Part shown: one piece after another, positions 29,509-44,520 of the stretch
Position numbering within the stretch: the stretch's first letter is position 1
Layout: the number at the start of each line of letters is the position of its first letter
NCBI RefSeq assembly: GCF_036321535.1
Contig: NC_087437.1
Location: 111,788,001 to 111,852,000 of the forward strand
DNA: 64,000 nt
DNA from: Camelus dromedarius
Lineage: Eukaryota
Reading direction: 5' to 3'
Position numbers and translations under genes: made by a program
The notes under the pieces: generated by a model
Databases searched by the model: none
What the model was told of the DNA's origin: nothing
Seen by the model: the letters and a program-made list of their open reading frames with translations, nothing else

Positions 29509-32389
29509 TTATGTTTTTAGAATCTGTAACCCGTTTCTATTATATGTTCATTTATAATGCATTTATAACTCCTTTCAAAAAGGGTTTCATACACACATCC
29601 CTATCTCACTTTAGAAGGCTCTACTTTTAAGGCTTAACCTTTATAAGGCTCGATTTTAATTAATTTAAATTTAAATATCCAGATGGGCTAGTGGCTACCA
29701 TATTAACGCATGCCTAGAGTTTTCCATTGCTGCAAATACTTTTACCTTCTACATAACAGATGGGGTCTGGTTTCCAAACTTTTTCAGGGCAAAGGGTTTT
29801 GTTCAGACAAGCATGCGGAAGCCTGATGAGTGGGAAACAGATAAAAGCAGAGTGGCTATGGCTAAAGCAGGAATGGGGGCTATGGCCTGCAGCACTGGCC
29901 ATCTTCTCACCCTCGTGACTGCCTCAGGGTCTGTGCTGGAACCTGAGTCCTCCAAAGCACAGATGTGAAGCTCCTAACCAACCTAACACCAAGGAAAATA
30001 CACTGTCGTACAGAAAAACTTTCTGTCCGGTACTTTCAGATAACAAGGTGCTTCACAAAAGTAAAGTTTCTCTAATACTGAAGCGTGGGTCTCTAAGTTT
30101 TAAAACTCTACCAATTTAAGTGGAAATCTTTCATAAGACCTTTGCACTATCTTGCTGTCTTAAAGGTATAAAAACAATGCAATAGCATTTTCTTGAAGCC
30201 TTAGGGTCATTAATATCAAGCATATACAGAAACACTGCTGGAGCAGTCATCCCCAATGCCACCTCCCGTCCTACCCCCGCTCCCCACCCTCCCTCGCCAC
30301 TGGCTGCAGGAGCGAGAAAGCAGGCGGGGTAGCCGTGTGCAGTTCTGGTAACCAGCTATAACCCCGTCCCCTCTCATCCACTCAAGAAAGCACAGTGGAA
30401 TGCAAAGGAGCAGTAGGATTACTACTGGGATAATATTAAATCCGATGAGCATGATTAATTTAGAAATAGGACTTATGCTTCCATACTTGACTATTCTCTA
30501 CATTGACTTAAGGCAAAGCCCAACTGACTGCGACCCAGTTTGTCCAGACACCACAGCTGAGGCTCTTGTCCTAGCAGAGTTAGTATAAGAGACTTATTGT
30601 CCTCCTTTAAAAAGAAGTGAGAGATCCTGTGTATTTGTTCAGGTAGAGTTTCTCCCTCTGCTGTCACTCTTCATTTTGCTTTGCTGACAATACATTACTG
30701 TTTTAATTCTATTTAAATTGATATACCACTCAAGACTGGCCTCAAATCTCCGATGGAGTAAAACTACCTGGGTTTCTGCGATAGGTATTTGCTACTCTCT
30801 GGCTACAGAACTTATCTGGCTGTATCCTGGGAACTATTTCTATTAAGGTGCTAGGGTATGCATAATGAATTCTATAAGCTTTCATTTTTCTATGCAAAGT
30901 AAAGCTCCAGAATCTAAAATCCGATCCTTAGCAAAACTGTAGAAACCGGGGGAGTTTCAGCCTATCTGTTCAGCCTGTCTCCTGCTGCGTAAACCTCCTC
31001 AATTTGCCGTCTAAATGTTCCCCACCTCCGCCCATCACTAAATGAAAAGATAAGTGAATTATTCCCTCTGGTTAAACTCAGTGACGTGCTTGACTGCTGA
31101 CCGTTTAGCCAGTGCATCTGCACCTGCTTGAACTTCTAATTATGGCAGGAAAACTCTTCTCTCTCAAGCTAAGAAATCTGGGGCAAGAATGAGCAGGGGG
31201 AGAAAAAGGTAAGGACAGCTGCCCTAAGCCCAACTGCAATAGTGTTACCTTCTTCAGAAACTTCCACATCACTTCCAACGGAAAAGTGAAGGGCTGACAT
31301 GAGCAGACAGGACTGTCCACTCATCCATCCCACTGACTTCCCTTCCCGCCCCCTCATCACCTCCTCCTCTGCTAGGCTCCAAGTCTCCTACTACAGTCCT
31401 CACTCTGTAGAAAGCCCTTTCTCACTCTGAGAAAGCCCTTTCTCACTCTGCTCTCTCTGCACCCCTGTGCCACTCCTCTGGGCCAAGACACTTGGGAGCT
31501 ACAAGGTAACCCAGATGCTGTTCTAGAGTTAGTTTCCTTTCCTAACATCGTTGACTTGAAGGCCTCTGACACCCAGGGCCTACCCAGGATCACACAGGCA
31601 GACAGTGAAACTGGGAGGGAGAGAAGTATACAGAACACCCTGAATCTGAACTATTGAGGGAGGCCGGGAGCAGAGTCCTGGACTTTGGCTTTATAACCTA
31701 TGTAAACAAATGAAATATAATCTGTCCATTGTGTTAAGGAAAAAAAGTCAACAGTGATGCTGACCGTGAACAAGAGAACCACTATGCTAGAAATCTGGTC
31801 TGCTCCAATAAAGCAGTATTAATTACAGTCACATAGGTCCTCTGTTCCATTCGTGTGTACTTAAAATGGAGCACATTTACGCATAATCAAGAAGTATGTC
31901 ACAGTTATCTACTTAAGTCTTATCTTATTACAGGACTCAACTTCATCGCAGTGTACTACCTCCTCACAGTCTGCTGCTCTTGAATTAAGTTCATCTACTT
32001 AACAACCTTAAAATTAAAATAATAAGGGAATGTTGGCTTAGAAAGGCAATACTGCCAGAGACAAGATCTCAAAACTAGGAATAGTAGAACAGAATTCTAT
32101 TACAATTAATTCACCCCTAAGAGAAATAGTTTAAATAGATGCCTGAAATGGAAAGTCAGTCTAGATCAGGAGGGACAAATAGGCTTCACATCACATGACA
32201 ACTTTAATAAAGTGATGGTGGATGCCTGCTATGCTTTGCTGAGGATCTGAAGCAGTGAAGAGTGGTGAGCTCAACCAGCAACGCCCACTGCTGTTATCTC
32301 TGGAAATAACTGTAAAATCTGCTAAACCCCAAATCACAAAGCTGCTGTATAGCGCATGATTAGGAAGGGAAAAACATAATACAAACTCA

Positions 32390-32770
<381 letters not shown>

Positions 32771-33059
32771 TTATATTTAAGTTCACAACCAGACTTAGGT
32801 AAAAATTGAAAAATATCCTGGTTTAGATTGTTAGGAAGTTCAGATAAGACAATCAATGTGAGAGTTTTTTGTACAGTAAAGTTGAAAAAATGGCAAATAA
32901 AAATGACATGCTGCTGATACATGTATGGAAAAAAGTCCCTGATAACAATTTATAAAGCAATTTAGCTTACAAAAACTTTCATAGAGATTTTTTTCATCTA
33001 ATTTTGACAAAAAACCTAGGAAATGAGTATGCAGGTGGAATTCAGCTGGGGTGTACTGT

Positions 33060-33290
33060 GAGTGTGGGCTTTGATGTAGGCAGAAGTGCCCCAAATCCTG
33101 GCTCCTCCACAACTTACTATCTAGACCAACTTCACTGTTCTGACCTAACCAACCTGAGACATCCTCCCTTATAAAATAAGATTAAGACAGATCTCATGGG
33201 ACTGTAAGGGATGACCCAAGACGGTATTAGCTAAATGCTAGGCACAGTGCTTTACATGTGATAGATGAATAATAAATGGCAAATCTCCAT
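33060..33290 (+). mobile_element. MIR SINE
   Basis: Diverged MIR pattern. Confidence 0.5.
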
Positions 33291-33299
33291 CGTATAGAC

Positions 33300-33562
33300 C
33301 AGCGCTCCTCAGAGTATGGTCATGAACCAGTTCACAATTACCTGTTCACAGTGAGAAAAGGTGCTTGTTCCAGAACAGAAATTAGCTACATCACTAAGTT
33401 TACCATGTGGTTTAGCTGACTTCCTTCTTTCTCAGTAAGTAAGACTTTATCAGTGAAGGAAGCCATGTGTTGATCTGCATGATGGTGCAAGCTTTTTACC
33501 TCATCCAGACCAATAACAAAACAGTTCACGGACCGGTAGCCAGTCCTTGGGCCACACTCCAG
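33300..33562. mobile_element. Non-autonomous hAT-Charlie-type MER element
   Basis: CAGCGCTCCTCAGAGTATGGTC...GGGCCACACT termini. Confidence 0.5.
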
Positions 33563-34022
33563 GTCACACCATTACAGAATCAAACTGGTAACCACAAAGG
33601 TTACTCTGTAGCCATGGTGACACTATGTGGAAGAGACAGGCTCAAGCTGAGATCTTTTGAATACAAAACATATGTATTTCTTTTCCACTGTAAACCAGGG
33701 AAATCAGTGGTGTAGTTCCTAGGAAGGCATCTTTTCCTAAATGCACTGAAGCAAAGAAAAAGGGAAATGTCCCGATCTTCTCTCCTGACAGGTAATACCA
33801 ATCTCTTCAAGTGTTCAAATAGGCTGCTATTTCTGGAACTTAAACTCACAAGGGCATAAGCACATAGCATACCTTTTTGGGCAACAAACATTATCCCAAG
33901 ATTAGCTTAATTAAGGTTTAAAAGATGTTATGTACTTACAGCTCAAATATGGTATCTGAAATAGGTAATCTCTCTCAAATCCTTAGAATTACAAAAATAG
34001 AAATGAAAATATAAATTAATTA

Positions 34023-34199
<177 letters not shown>

Positions 34200-34479
34200 C
34201 TATTTAGCGATAAAGCCAGAGTTTCAACCCAAAATGCCTAAATCTAAATGAGATATTCTTAACCTAAATGTACTGCATAAAATATTTTTTCAAACTAGTT
34301 AACTTAATAGTTTTTCCCAAAGAATTAACAAGTTATTCTAGCACCATCTATTCATTAATCCATCCTACCCCAGTGATCTGAAGTACAAACTTTAATAATA
34401 TTCATATATTTTGGAGGTTGCTTTTGAATTTTCTTCCCTGTCTCACTGATCTGTTTGCCTACTCTTAATACCAGGAACA

Positions 34480-34980
34480 CACTATGTTATGATATCCCCT
34501 GTAAGACAACATCCAACTCCTTAACAAGGAATCTTCTAAAATCTGGCCTCCACATATCTTGTCTGCTTCGCTTTTTTATTACTGCCCTCTCCCTCCCCCC
34601 GCCCCATGCATCCTACACACCAATCACATTAAACTCTCACTATAACCCAAACATGCTCTTTTCACATTTCTGTACCTTTGCACAGCAATTTGGCTTTCTG
34701 CCTGCAAGACTCTACACAACCTTTGCCTCTCGGCAAAATTCTATTCACCTTATAAAAACCTAGGCATACAGTTACTTCCTGGAAACCTTTCTTTATTCCT
34801 CCAGGCATAGTTCTTTCACAGAGCTCCCTCTTCAAAACATTTTAAAGACACTCATCACTTGTCTTTCTCCTTAGCCGGCTTGCTGCTTGTAGGCAGGAAC
34901 TCTGTCCTATTCATCGTTTCAACCCTGGCACTTAGAACAGTGCTTGACACACAGAAGACTGCAAACGTTTAAATAATGAA
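34480..34980 (+). mobile_element. L2 3' fragment
   Basis: GTAGGCAGGAACTCTGTC...AACAGTGCTTGACACACAG. Confidence 0.65.
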
Positions 34981-36867
34981 AGCTAATGGTAACACCTGAC
35001 CGCAGAGTCTAGCACAGGAACAGGGAAATCATGAGTCTGACCTTTGTCTGGATTTATTTCTTCTGCTATAAAGTTAATGTTATCTGCTAATGAATAACCC
35101 ACGGAGTAATTTCCTTAGGACAGGCTGTTGTAGTTGTTAAACAAAAACAAATCCTGAAGCTTTAAAGGTAAATCTTCCGAGTTCTTAGCAAATACACTTA
35201 TTAAAAATTGGACACAGGACCAAAGAAACATAAATCATAGCTAGTATCTCCATGAACAATTACAAACAGTACATTCTACGGTCTGCAGATCTGGAAAGAT
35301 ATGATCCTCTTCCTCATTCAGTCCTTTCCCTTCCAATTCTTTCCTCTCTACTGCCCTCCCTCATCCACTCCCCACCCCACACCCAACTCACCTCCTGGCG
35401 GACTGCTCCACTCCTTATTTACCTCTTATCTCTTGCACTGGCCCCTTTTCCCTTTCCTCATTCCTCTATGATCTGTACATGACATTATCAATTCTAATAT
35501 TCTAATAAATTAGATTCTGATACAGAACTAGAGTATCTTGTGACAATACTCATGTGTTCCACATTAGAAAAGCATGTAAGCAGATCCTCATGGCTTTCTT
35601 CTCAATCTCTATTGTCAAGAAAAGGGCTATCTTCTACTGCTAGTGAAGTCTATTGGCTTTGCCTAATATCCCACAGTGCTCTACATTAGAGCTCTTCCCC
35701 TGTGTCTCAGAGCTCTTCTCCAGGGTTCTACAGACCACCTCACGTTCCCTGCCTACTGCACCTCTTTTCAGACCATCTACTTTTACACTTCTTCCTGGTT
35801 ATCCCACTTCTGCCTCTGAATGAGCTGTGCTCTGCTAGCTGGCAGCACAGGCTAAGACTAAACGATCAATCACGCCATTAACTGAAACTGTCACAATGTT
35901 ACAGTTCTTTAGTATGTTCATTATTAGGGGTGGGCCTTTATTTTTATCAAACCACCCAGTATGAAATTAGGGAGTAGGATTTCACCAAGTCATTAAAATG
36001 ATGGGGATTTGAATTTCTTTCTGCATTCCTAAAATGATAATTCCTATTATTTTTATTATACTATATATAATAGAGAACAGATACTCCCAACGTTCCATGA
36101 CAAGGAACACAAATATAAAACATCATAACATAAATTTTAATTATATTTTATAAAGTAAAACAGAAACCCTTTCCCCCAAATACGGCCTCATTAAGAGGAC
36201 CATATGTACACAAAAGCAAACCTTAGAGAGACTTAACATCTCTAAGACAGAAAGCATGGCTTCCAGGGTAAATGTTATTCTAGTTTTACACTTTATATGC
36301 TACATGCACTTCAAATACCATCACTAATAGAGTAATACAGGAATTACTAGACGTATCTATAGGTTTTAGCAGTAAATAGGGGTTTGAAATAAAATATATT
36401 TTTAATTTTAAGTCATCACTTTCCCTTAGAAAACAAAAAGCCATTTTATAACAAATTACCATGCAAAATCTTCTCTCTTCTAATTATGCAATATAATTAC
36501 CTTTTTGTTAGTTGTGCTCCAAATATATGGGTATATCATGTCTCTCAGGCCCAATGAAGACCCATGTATTAGACTGTCACCCGATTCACACATGCAAACA
36601 AACGTCATGCTGCTTAGTTAGTTATGCTTTTGTATTACATTCTGAGACTCAGGAAACAGGACATACACACACAATTTAAACTAAAGTGCTTATTCTTAGA
36701 TAAAAGTGTGCTTAAGGAAAGAGAAATGATTCGAAGACTAGATTAGATGTCATTTTTCCTGCTAGGAATTTTTTGGTTTCCCCTCAAAACACTACATGAA
36801 ATTTTAAAATGATTTTTTAGAGTGACAAGTGTTGTTTCAGCTGAGGTACCTGTATACTGTTTCTGTG

Positions 36868-36874
<7 letters not shown>

Positions 36875-36924
<50 letters not shown>
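36875..36924. repeat. (TA)25 microsatellite in a SINE tail
   Basis: Read directly from the sequence. Confidence 0.97.
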
Positions 36925-36941
<17 letters not shown>

Positions 36942-37018
36942 AATGGAGGTACTGGGGATTGAACCCAGGGCCTCATGCATGCTGAGCACATGCTCTACCA
37001 CTGAGCCGTACCTTACCC
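36925..37018 (-). mobile_element. tRNA-derived SINE (vic-1-like)
   Basis: Reverse complement of the same head as the 27923 copy. Confidence 0.85.
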
Positions 37019-37455
37019 ACCTGTTTCTGTGATGACTGTGACAGCAGCTAACTACTTCATGGGCTAGGTATTTTCTATGCATTATTCAATTTTCACAACC
37101 ACCCCATGAGCAGAATTACTACTATTTTCATTTGACATGAGGAAAACAGGCTTAGAGAGGTTATTAATTTGTTACTAACTCGTCTAAGCGTAAACAGCCA
37201 GAGACAGAGAGCGCAGCTTCACGAGGGAAGGGGCTCTGCCCAGGTCACTGCCCTACCCCCGGGGCCTAGCTCAGTGCCTGGCATCCAGGAGTTTAGTAAT
37301 TGTATGTTCAGTGAACTGCTGAACGAGATTTCAGAGCCATATGAACCTTTACCTCTAGTCATTTCCAACTTCATAAAAGAAAACAATCTTTTCTTCTTAA
37401 ATATTTTTAATCTAAAGGCCTGTGGATGTTTACCTGTTTTTCCACTTATGCTTTA

Positions 37456-38800
37456 AAGGTTTGGGGCAGAATGGAAGGAGGTGCTTTGCAGGCTATCAGA
37501 GCCCAGGCTATCATGGCCCTGTTCATGGAGCTGAAGCCAGAGGTGGGGAAAGAAAGCAACCACTTGGGAGGAGGGGCAGCCTGGCATGAGATATTGACAG
37601 TTGAGTGAAATGAGGAGGGTGGTGTCCACCCAAGGATGGTGGGAGCGGCCTGGCATGGTATATTGGAGCTTGAGGGGCGGGGGGAGAGCAGGGGTCACTG
37701 GAAGGAGCCCAGGACAGGGTGCTGGAGCCCCAGTGGGGTGAGGAAGGCACCTATGTGGTGGAGGAAGCGGCAGTGACAGCATACATACATACTTACATAC
37801 TTTCCTTAGCTCTATCCATTGACGGGACCTGTAATAAGCAATACTCTGACAGCAACGAGCATACCTAGCACCCAGACCTTGCCTTCTAATACCATCCGCT
37901 ACTAACAGGAACAAGGACTCCTTGGAGAAATGGCTGATTCCAGGGCAAGGGCAGGGACAAGATGAGCCTAGAATATATTTTAGTGCCAGAAAATAAGAAA
38001 GCGTTCAAATAATAATGGAGACATACCACAAAAACACAGAAGCCAGCTCACAGGGGCTTCTACTGGCGGAATCTTGGACAATTTGAGCATCAAAATAAAT
38101 TACAAAGTAACAGATTACAATGCACTGAATAAACCCATAAATTGAAAGTTTGAAGAGGAATGGGATCATACGTGGTCTCAAAGTACCTCACCTCCAAACA
38201 TTTATTAATTATAAAAGAAAAAGGAGTTGTCCAGAGATGCCACCTTAACCCAAGTAATCAAAGTGCAGGCCAACAGTAATGAGACAAGTCAAAACTGTGT
38301 CAACTGACAGGATACAATGAAAAGAACACAGCAGCACTTGTGTAATATTCCTGCCAAGGTATATAACCCGAGTCTGAACATGAGGAACCATCACACAAAC
38401 CCAGAGTGGGGGACGTTCTACAAAACAACTGACCTTCATCTTCAAAAGTTTTAAGGTTACAAATGTCAAAGACTGAGAAACTTTTCCAAATTTAAGGAGA
38501 CCAAAGAGACATGACAACTAAGTAAAATGTACAAAATCAACTGGATCTTTTTGCTGTGAGAGACATTGTTGGGACAGCTGATGAACTTAAATGGAGTCTG
38601 AGATTTAGCAGTAAGGTGTTAATGTTAATTTTTTAATGGTTATATTGTAGTTACGCAGGAGACTAGTTTTCTAGGAAATATGTAATAAAGTATTTGGGGG
38701 CAACAGTATCATGTCAGCAACTTGGTAGTTTCAAAGAGTTCAAAAAAAAATTCTTCGTACTGAACTCCAACTTTTCTATGTTAGAAATTGTTTTAAAAAA
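37456..38800 (+). mobile_element. L1MC3-like 3' region, including its G-rich degenerate tandem repeat
   Basis: GGAGCCCCAGTGGGGTGAGGAAGG units followed by CTCCTTGGAGAAATGGCTGATTCCAGGG. Confidence 0.75.
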
Positions 38801-41800
38801 TTTTAATGTAACCAGCAAAGACAACTTTAAAAAATGCAGGTGCATATTCCTAAATTAAGAAGCTTTTATCTCTAAATGACATTAAGATAAACTCTCTCAT
38901 AATGCCATGTTGTACCCTCTGCATACATATATTTTTTTTTTAATTGGTGGAAAAAGATTCCCTTGTTTTATGAAACTGCATGAGATACAGAGAAATAGAT
39001 GGACCTAATTAAATTATTCGTTCCATTTCTCTGGTAATTTAATTCTAGAAAGCAATTTGAGAATCTTCCACTATAATGAGATTATTTAAAATAAGGAAGC
39101 TATAATACTTTACAACAATGTGTATAACCTTTAGATAAAACAAAGCATTTGTAACGACTCTTCTCAGCCCACCCTTATCATTCTTTTCCCCTGAACACTC
39201 TCCCCTTGCATCCCAGGCTTCAGCCAAAATGAATCACGTGTTGCCCCTTCTACAAGCTCCAAGATCTTTCCTCTCCCTTCCCTCTTTTGTTGTTCAGTGT
39301 TCTTTTCATCCCAAAGACCCTTTAGCCATCTTTGTGCTTCCAAATATTACCCACCTTTCAATACCTAACAAAACATGCTACTTTCTTCCTGAAGCTTTCT
39401 CTGATTACTCTGGCTGGAAGGAACTCTCTTTCTGCTCTTTATTTGCTACTACAGACACCTGTATAATAATAGCAATAGAAACTAGGTCTTATTTCTTTAT
39501 AGCTCAACACAATACCCACCTAACACAGAGTCTCTGAACACTGCAGCTGTTGATTAAGTATTCATCTAATAGACAAAAAATAAATTGAGAGGTTTGGGCA
39601 CAAAAGGGAATGTTTTGCTAGTTTTAAAATAGCACGTAAAAGGATAAACATTTTATCTTACCATTCACAGTATCTGAATGCCCCATTATTGACTGAAGTT
39701 TAACAATTCCTCCTAGTGATGTCTGGAAATTTTCAAACGTGATGTCCACAGTGGGGCGTGAAGGTGGGGTGGGGAAGACGGGCATTGTTAGGGGACCACT
39801 AACCAGGGTCTAAGCTGGTAGAGTGTATAAAATGGCAAGGGGTGTGGAGGGCTCAGGGGCAACAAAGTGGAAGAACAAGTAGAAATGAAAGTTCAGGAAA
39901 CATGGTCACAGGGCGAGGTCAGGCCACTCACTCTCCTGCTAGTGCAGTCTTTCAAGGCATCTACTGTGCTTTCCACGAGGACAGATTGCTTTTTGTTAAG
40001 AGGGCTTTGTTTTTCCTCCTTTTCATGTTGCTGTTATTAAACAAACAAAATGCAATGAAAAACAAACCTTTCTTTTTGCAAGTTACTTATTTCTAATCAC
40101 AAGTAGGTATGAATGTCCAAGAAGACCATTGTTATAGGAGTAATTCTGAGCCAATCAAGATCTCGAGCAGCCAGTTCAGCGGAGGTAAGGAGAATGCACC
40201 TCTTCAGCGCACCTGCGAGGTACAGCAGAGCCAGGCTTCTCAAGTTACTGCTCTGACACCTCAGGCATCAATAGTACCTAACTCCCTCCATAGCTTATTT
40301 TAAAAGGAAAAACGTTTCTTCTGGTGTCACAATAACAACACTATTTTTCATTCATGCTTTAAAACTTAAGTCTTCAGTCTAATGCCAATATGCATTTCCT
40401 GAGAACACAAAGCTATCTTAAGCGTAAATCAATTTAAGTATAGTTATATTTTTAAATATATCCTCACATCATTAGAACTGATCATCTGAAGGCCTTCTGA
40501 TTCTACCTAGTGAATATACGAATATGAGTAAGGTCACAGAAAAAAATTTAAAGCAAAATAAAATATGTGCCATAAACATTTATTCTCATAAAAACACTTA
40601 TGGATGAAATTAAATGATGTTCAGGGTTTACTTCAAAATAAACGGGGAGGGGGAGACAGTAGATAAGGGATACAGATAAACACTAGTGTCCATGCTAATC
40701 GCTGAGGCTGACAGACACATGGGAATCAATAATACTGTCCTTTCTTCTTTGATGTATGTTTGATATTCCCCCAAATAAAATTTATTCTGACAGCATTCTT
40801 TGGTATCCTGCATAAATTCAGAGAGGAGAGAAAACAAGATAACTTTGGCCAGTCAGTGAGAGAGAAGAGGCTACTGGAATTCTAAGAGATCCGACAGGTT
40901 ATTTTCCTCCAATTAGTCAAAAGCTCAATGTGCACTAGGACTTTTATCAACTTAAAAAGGAGCAGTAAGGTTCGACAACCTTGAGATCAGCCCGTGGCCA
41001 GCCCTTCCCAGTCCTTCCCAAGGCCACCACATTATTCATCAAATAATAAATATGTAATAAATTGGGAAAGGAGAAGACTAGGTAGTTAGAGAATGGAGAC
41101 CCCAGGAATAGTAACTTCTGCTATACTCTGTCATAGAAGTTTTCCTTACAATTGTCCTAAATAACTTAGCCTTAATACCCTCCTCTGTTGAAGAAGGTAT
41201 AGTTGGAAAATAATAAACTTGCCTTTACTTATCATCACAGAGGTAGTTAAGAAATAATTTAAACTACATAAAGCCCTGAGCTAGTGATACCCTACAACTT
41301 CATACAGATAGCTTAACTCATGCATTATTCTAACTCTATGCATGTTTTCAAAGTTCTTTTAACTGAACAAATTCATGACTGAAGGCAGGTCTAATCTACA
41401 GTTCCTATTTAAGTTACAGGAAAAGTAGTGAAAATAGGAGCTATCAAGATGATCTATTTTAACAGACTGCAGAAACCACTCAGAGCATAAATATATCAAT
41501 TGTTCTCTATCAAAATTTAACATACCGATTGTTCTCTGTCACATTAGTCGACACTTTTTTCTGCTGGAGTGGCTTGCTTTTACAGCACTGTGTCATATGA
41601 CATAGCTGGCATTACTCAGCACTACAGCCTCTCTTCACAAATCAGAACTGAAGGCAAATTATGAAACATAAGATCAGGCTATAGAAATTCAGATAAAAAC
41701 ATAATCATATATCCATTTCTTGATTTTCATGAGTTGTGATTCTAAAACAGAGGCTTATTAAACATAGAATAACTGTCACATAGTGGTCATACCTGCCCTG

Positions 41801-42497
41801 CCAATGCCACCGTCTGAACAGAAAGAAACAAAACTAACTCATTACCTAACATCATCAGATAATTTAAAAGTCACTTTTCTTAAACTTAAATGGTGTTCTG
41901 AGGATTAAATTTATATGTAAATTTCTCTAAATTCTGATGAATTACAGTATTCTAAACTAAATAATCAAGCTACCGAATGAAGATCCGGCCATCCAATGTC
42001 AACATTCTGCTGTGGCTCAAACCTTCTAGGTGGGAACAGACTGTCTTTCCTCAGCTGATACAGAAGACCAGGCTAAAGAAAACCAGGAGGAATGTGAAAG
42101 TAAGATTACAAATTAGCATGATCTTCCTAGAATCACAGTTTGCCTATGGTTGCACGCTCCGCAGTTTGTGGCTGGCTTATTTGCATGCGGGCACTATTCT
42201 AGAACCAGAGAGCCTCTAGTCAGAGGATCCCACAGATAATGCAGTTCAAGCTACTCATTTTCAAAAGAAAAAGACTAAAGGTTAAGTGATTCATCCAAGA
42301 TCACATAACTAGCTGGTGGTAACGTCTCTTTCCATTTCATCATACATAAAAAGAAAACGATTTTAAAAGGAAAAGGTTTTCTTCGTATTATTAAGTAATC
42401 AGAATTCTAGCTGAAAGATACAAAACTATTCAAATTAGTGTTCATATAAGTTATACGTTCCAATCTTGGCAACATTTTAAATAAAAACAACCTTTCA

Positions 42498-43935
42498 CTC
42501 ACTCACATAACAAGTATTTACTGAATGCCTACCATGTACCAGGACCCTGACAAGGTACTAGGAATAAAAGAGCCAGTGCCCTAATACCTTCTATTAGGAG
42601 GACAGGCTTTCTATATTCATATAAATGCAAAGTTATAAACTATACTAAGTACAATGATGGAGCCCCAACAGACTGCAATTGGAGGACCTAATTTAAAATT
42701 ATTTGTTGGGGAGGGTGTTGATTAGAACAGGCCTGCCTGCCTGCAGAAGTGACCATAAATTGAAACCTGAAGAATAAACAGGAAGTTAGCCAAATGAAGA
42801 GTGGAGGTAAAAATGTTCCAGGCAACATACACATAACCTATGACCAGAAATTCCATTCCTAAGAAAATATCCAACAGAAATGTGCACATATGTGCACCTA
42901 AAGACATGTACAAGGATGTTCATACTAGTGTATTCATAATAGGGAAAAATGGAAATAAAGCAAACGTCAACAGAATATTGGACTATTCATACAACGGATT
43001 ACTACAGAGCAATGAAAATGAATGAACTACTGCTATATGCTACAACACGAACGATCTCTCATACAAAACACTGAATGAAAGAAGCTGGACACAATAAAAT
43101 ACATATTGAATGATTTCATTTATGTTAAGCTGAGAACCAGTTAAAACTAATCTATGATGCAAGAAGTCAGGACAGTGATTATCTTTGCAGATCATGATGG
43201 AGATAATAATTGGAAAGGAACTGAGAGAATCTTCTGGAGAGCCAGCAATAATGTTCTACTTCTCAACCTAGTATGGTAACATGAATATGTTCACTCTGTA
43301 ATAATTCATCAAGTTGTACATTTATGGTTTATGTACTTTTCTACATGTGCGAATAAGTTTATTTTCAAAAATAAAATTTTGAGCAGAAAAAAAAAATTTT
43401 TTTTGAGCAGAAGGAAGAGCATATGTGAAGACCCTGAGACCAGAAAGAATTTGGCACATTCAGAACTATAAAGAGGTCAACGTGGCTGGAACACAGAAAC
43501 CAAAAGACAAGATAGTAGGGAGGGAGGCAGGAACTCAATTTTATCGCAGGTCATTTCAGAGTTTAGATTTTAAGTTGAGTGGTCAACCACTAAAGGGTAT
43601 TAAACAGGGGAATAATAAGATCTAAACTGTGTTTTTAAAAACACTCGAGAGTGAGTAGGGGGAGTGGAAGCAGGGAGACCAGTTAAGAAGGCTTTTATAT
43701 TGGTCCATGAAAGAGACTACAGTGGCCTGACTGTAGAACCAGTGTAGAACTAGTGAAAACGGTGAACTGCACAGGTTCTCTATGAAATTAGGAAGCTGAG
43801 TGGACTGGACTTGGTACCAGAGTGAATGTGCTAAGAGGAGATGTAGAGGGTGATTCTTAAGTTCTGGTTTAAACAGCTCAGTGGATGGAGAGCCATCCAC
43901 CGAGAAAAGGAGGACCAAGGGAAGAGCAGGTTTGA
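42498..43935 (-). mobile_element. L2 split by an L1ME-like insertion (about 42830-43385, plus strand)
   Basis: L2 TGTTCCAGGCA resumes at GAGCAGAAGGAAGAGCAT; internal L1 ORF2 end and 3' UTR. Confidence 0.7.
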
Positions 43936-44219
43936 AGGAATGCAGTGGTCAGTACGACCACCAACCCAGCATCCATGCCAACCTTCCCTTGCTGTGTAGC
44001 CATCATACACCACACAGGCGGGGTATCACAGGAATCCAGACAATCACAGTAATTTCTACCTTCTTTTGCCCACCATCTGCCTGATCTAAGTAGCACCTGA
44101 CATCACTATAGCCACAGCAGTTCGTTCGGGAATGGACCCAAACCTCAAACTGGTCCATTGTAACAGGGAGTGCATTTTCATTTTGTGGGCTGTAACCCAC
44201 AATCTCGGTTTGAAAAAGC

Positions 44220-44520
44220 TGGATCTCAGTTGTGTCATCCAAAATAATTAATTATTCTACCCAGCTCTGTATCAATCCCACACAGCTTTGCAACATCTAC
44301 AAATCTGACAACTACACTTTCCACCCCATTCTCCAAGAGAATGATGAAACTATTAAACAAGGTAGGCCAGAGACATATCCCCAATGTTGACCAAGACAGA
44401 CCATTAATAAGCACTAATTTACTTAATAACAAGATTCCAGCTAGAAATTTACTTAATAAGATTCATCCTGCCCATACTTTGCACATGATCCACAGGATAT
44501 TAAAAGACTTTACCTACATT
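44220..44520 (-). mobile_element. CR1/L3 LINE reverse-transcriptase remnant
   Basis: PTLFNSFIILLENGVESVVVRFVDVAKLCG resembles CR1 RT PVLFNIFINDL...KFADDTKLGG. Confidence 0.7.

Noticed and set aside
36743..37082. ORFs with (IY)n runs
   Set aside because: Translation of the (TA)n microsatellite and SINE
37453..37914. G-rich degenerate tandem repeat and 153-aa ORF
   Set aside because: Matches the internal GC-rich repeat of L1MC3-type 3' UTRs
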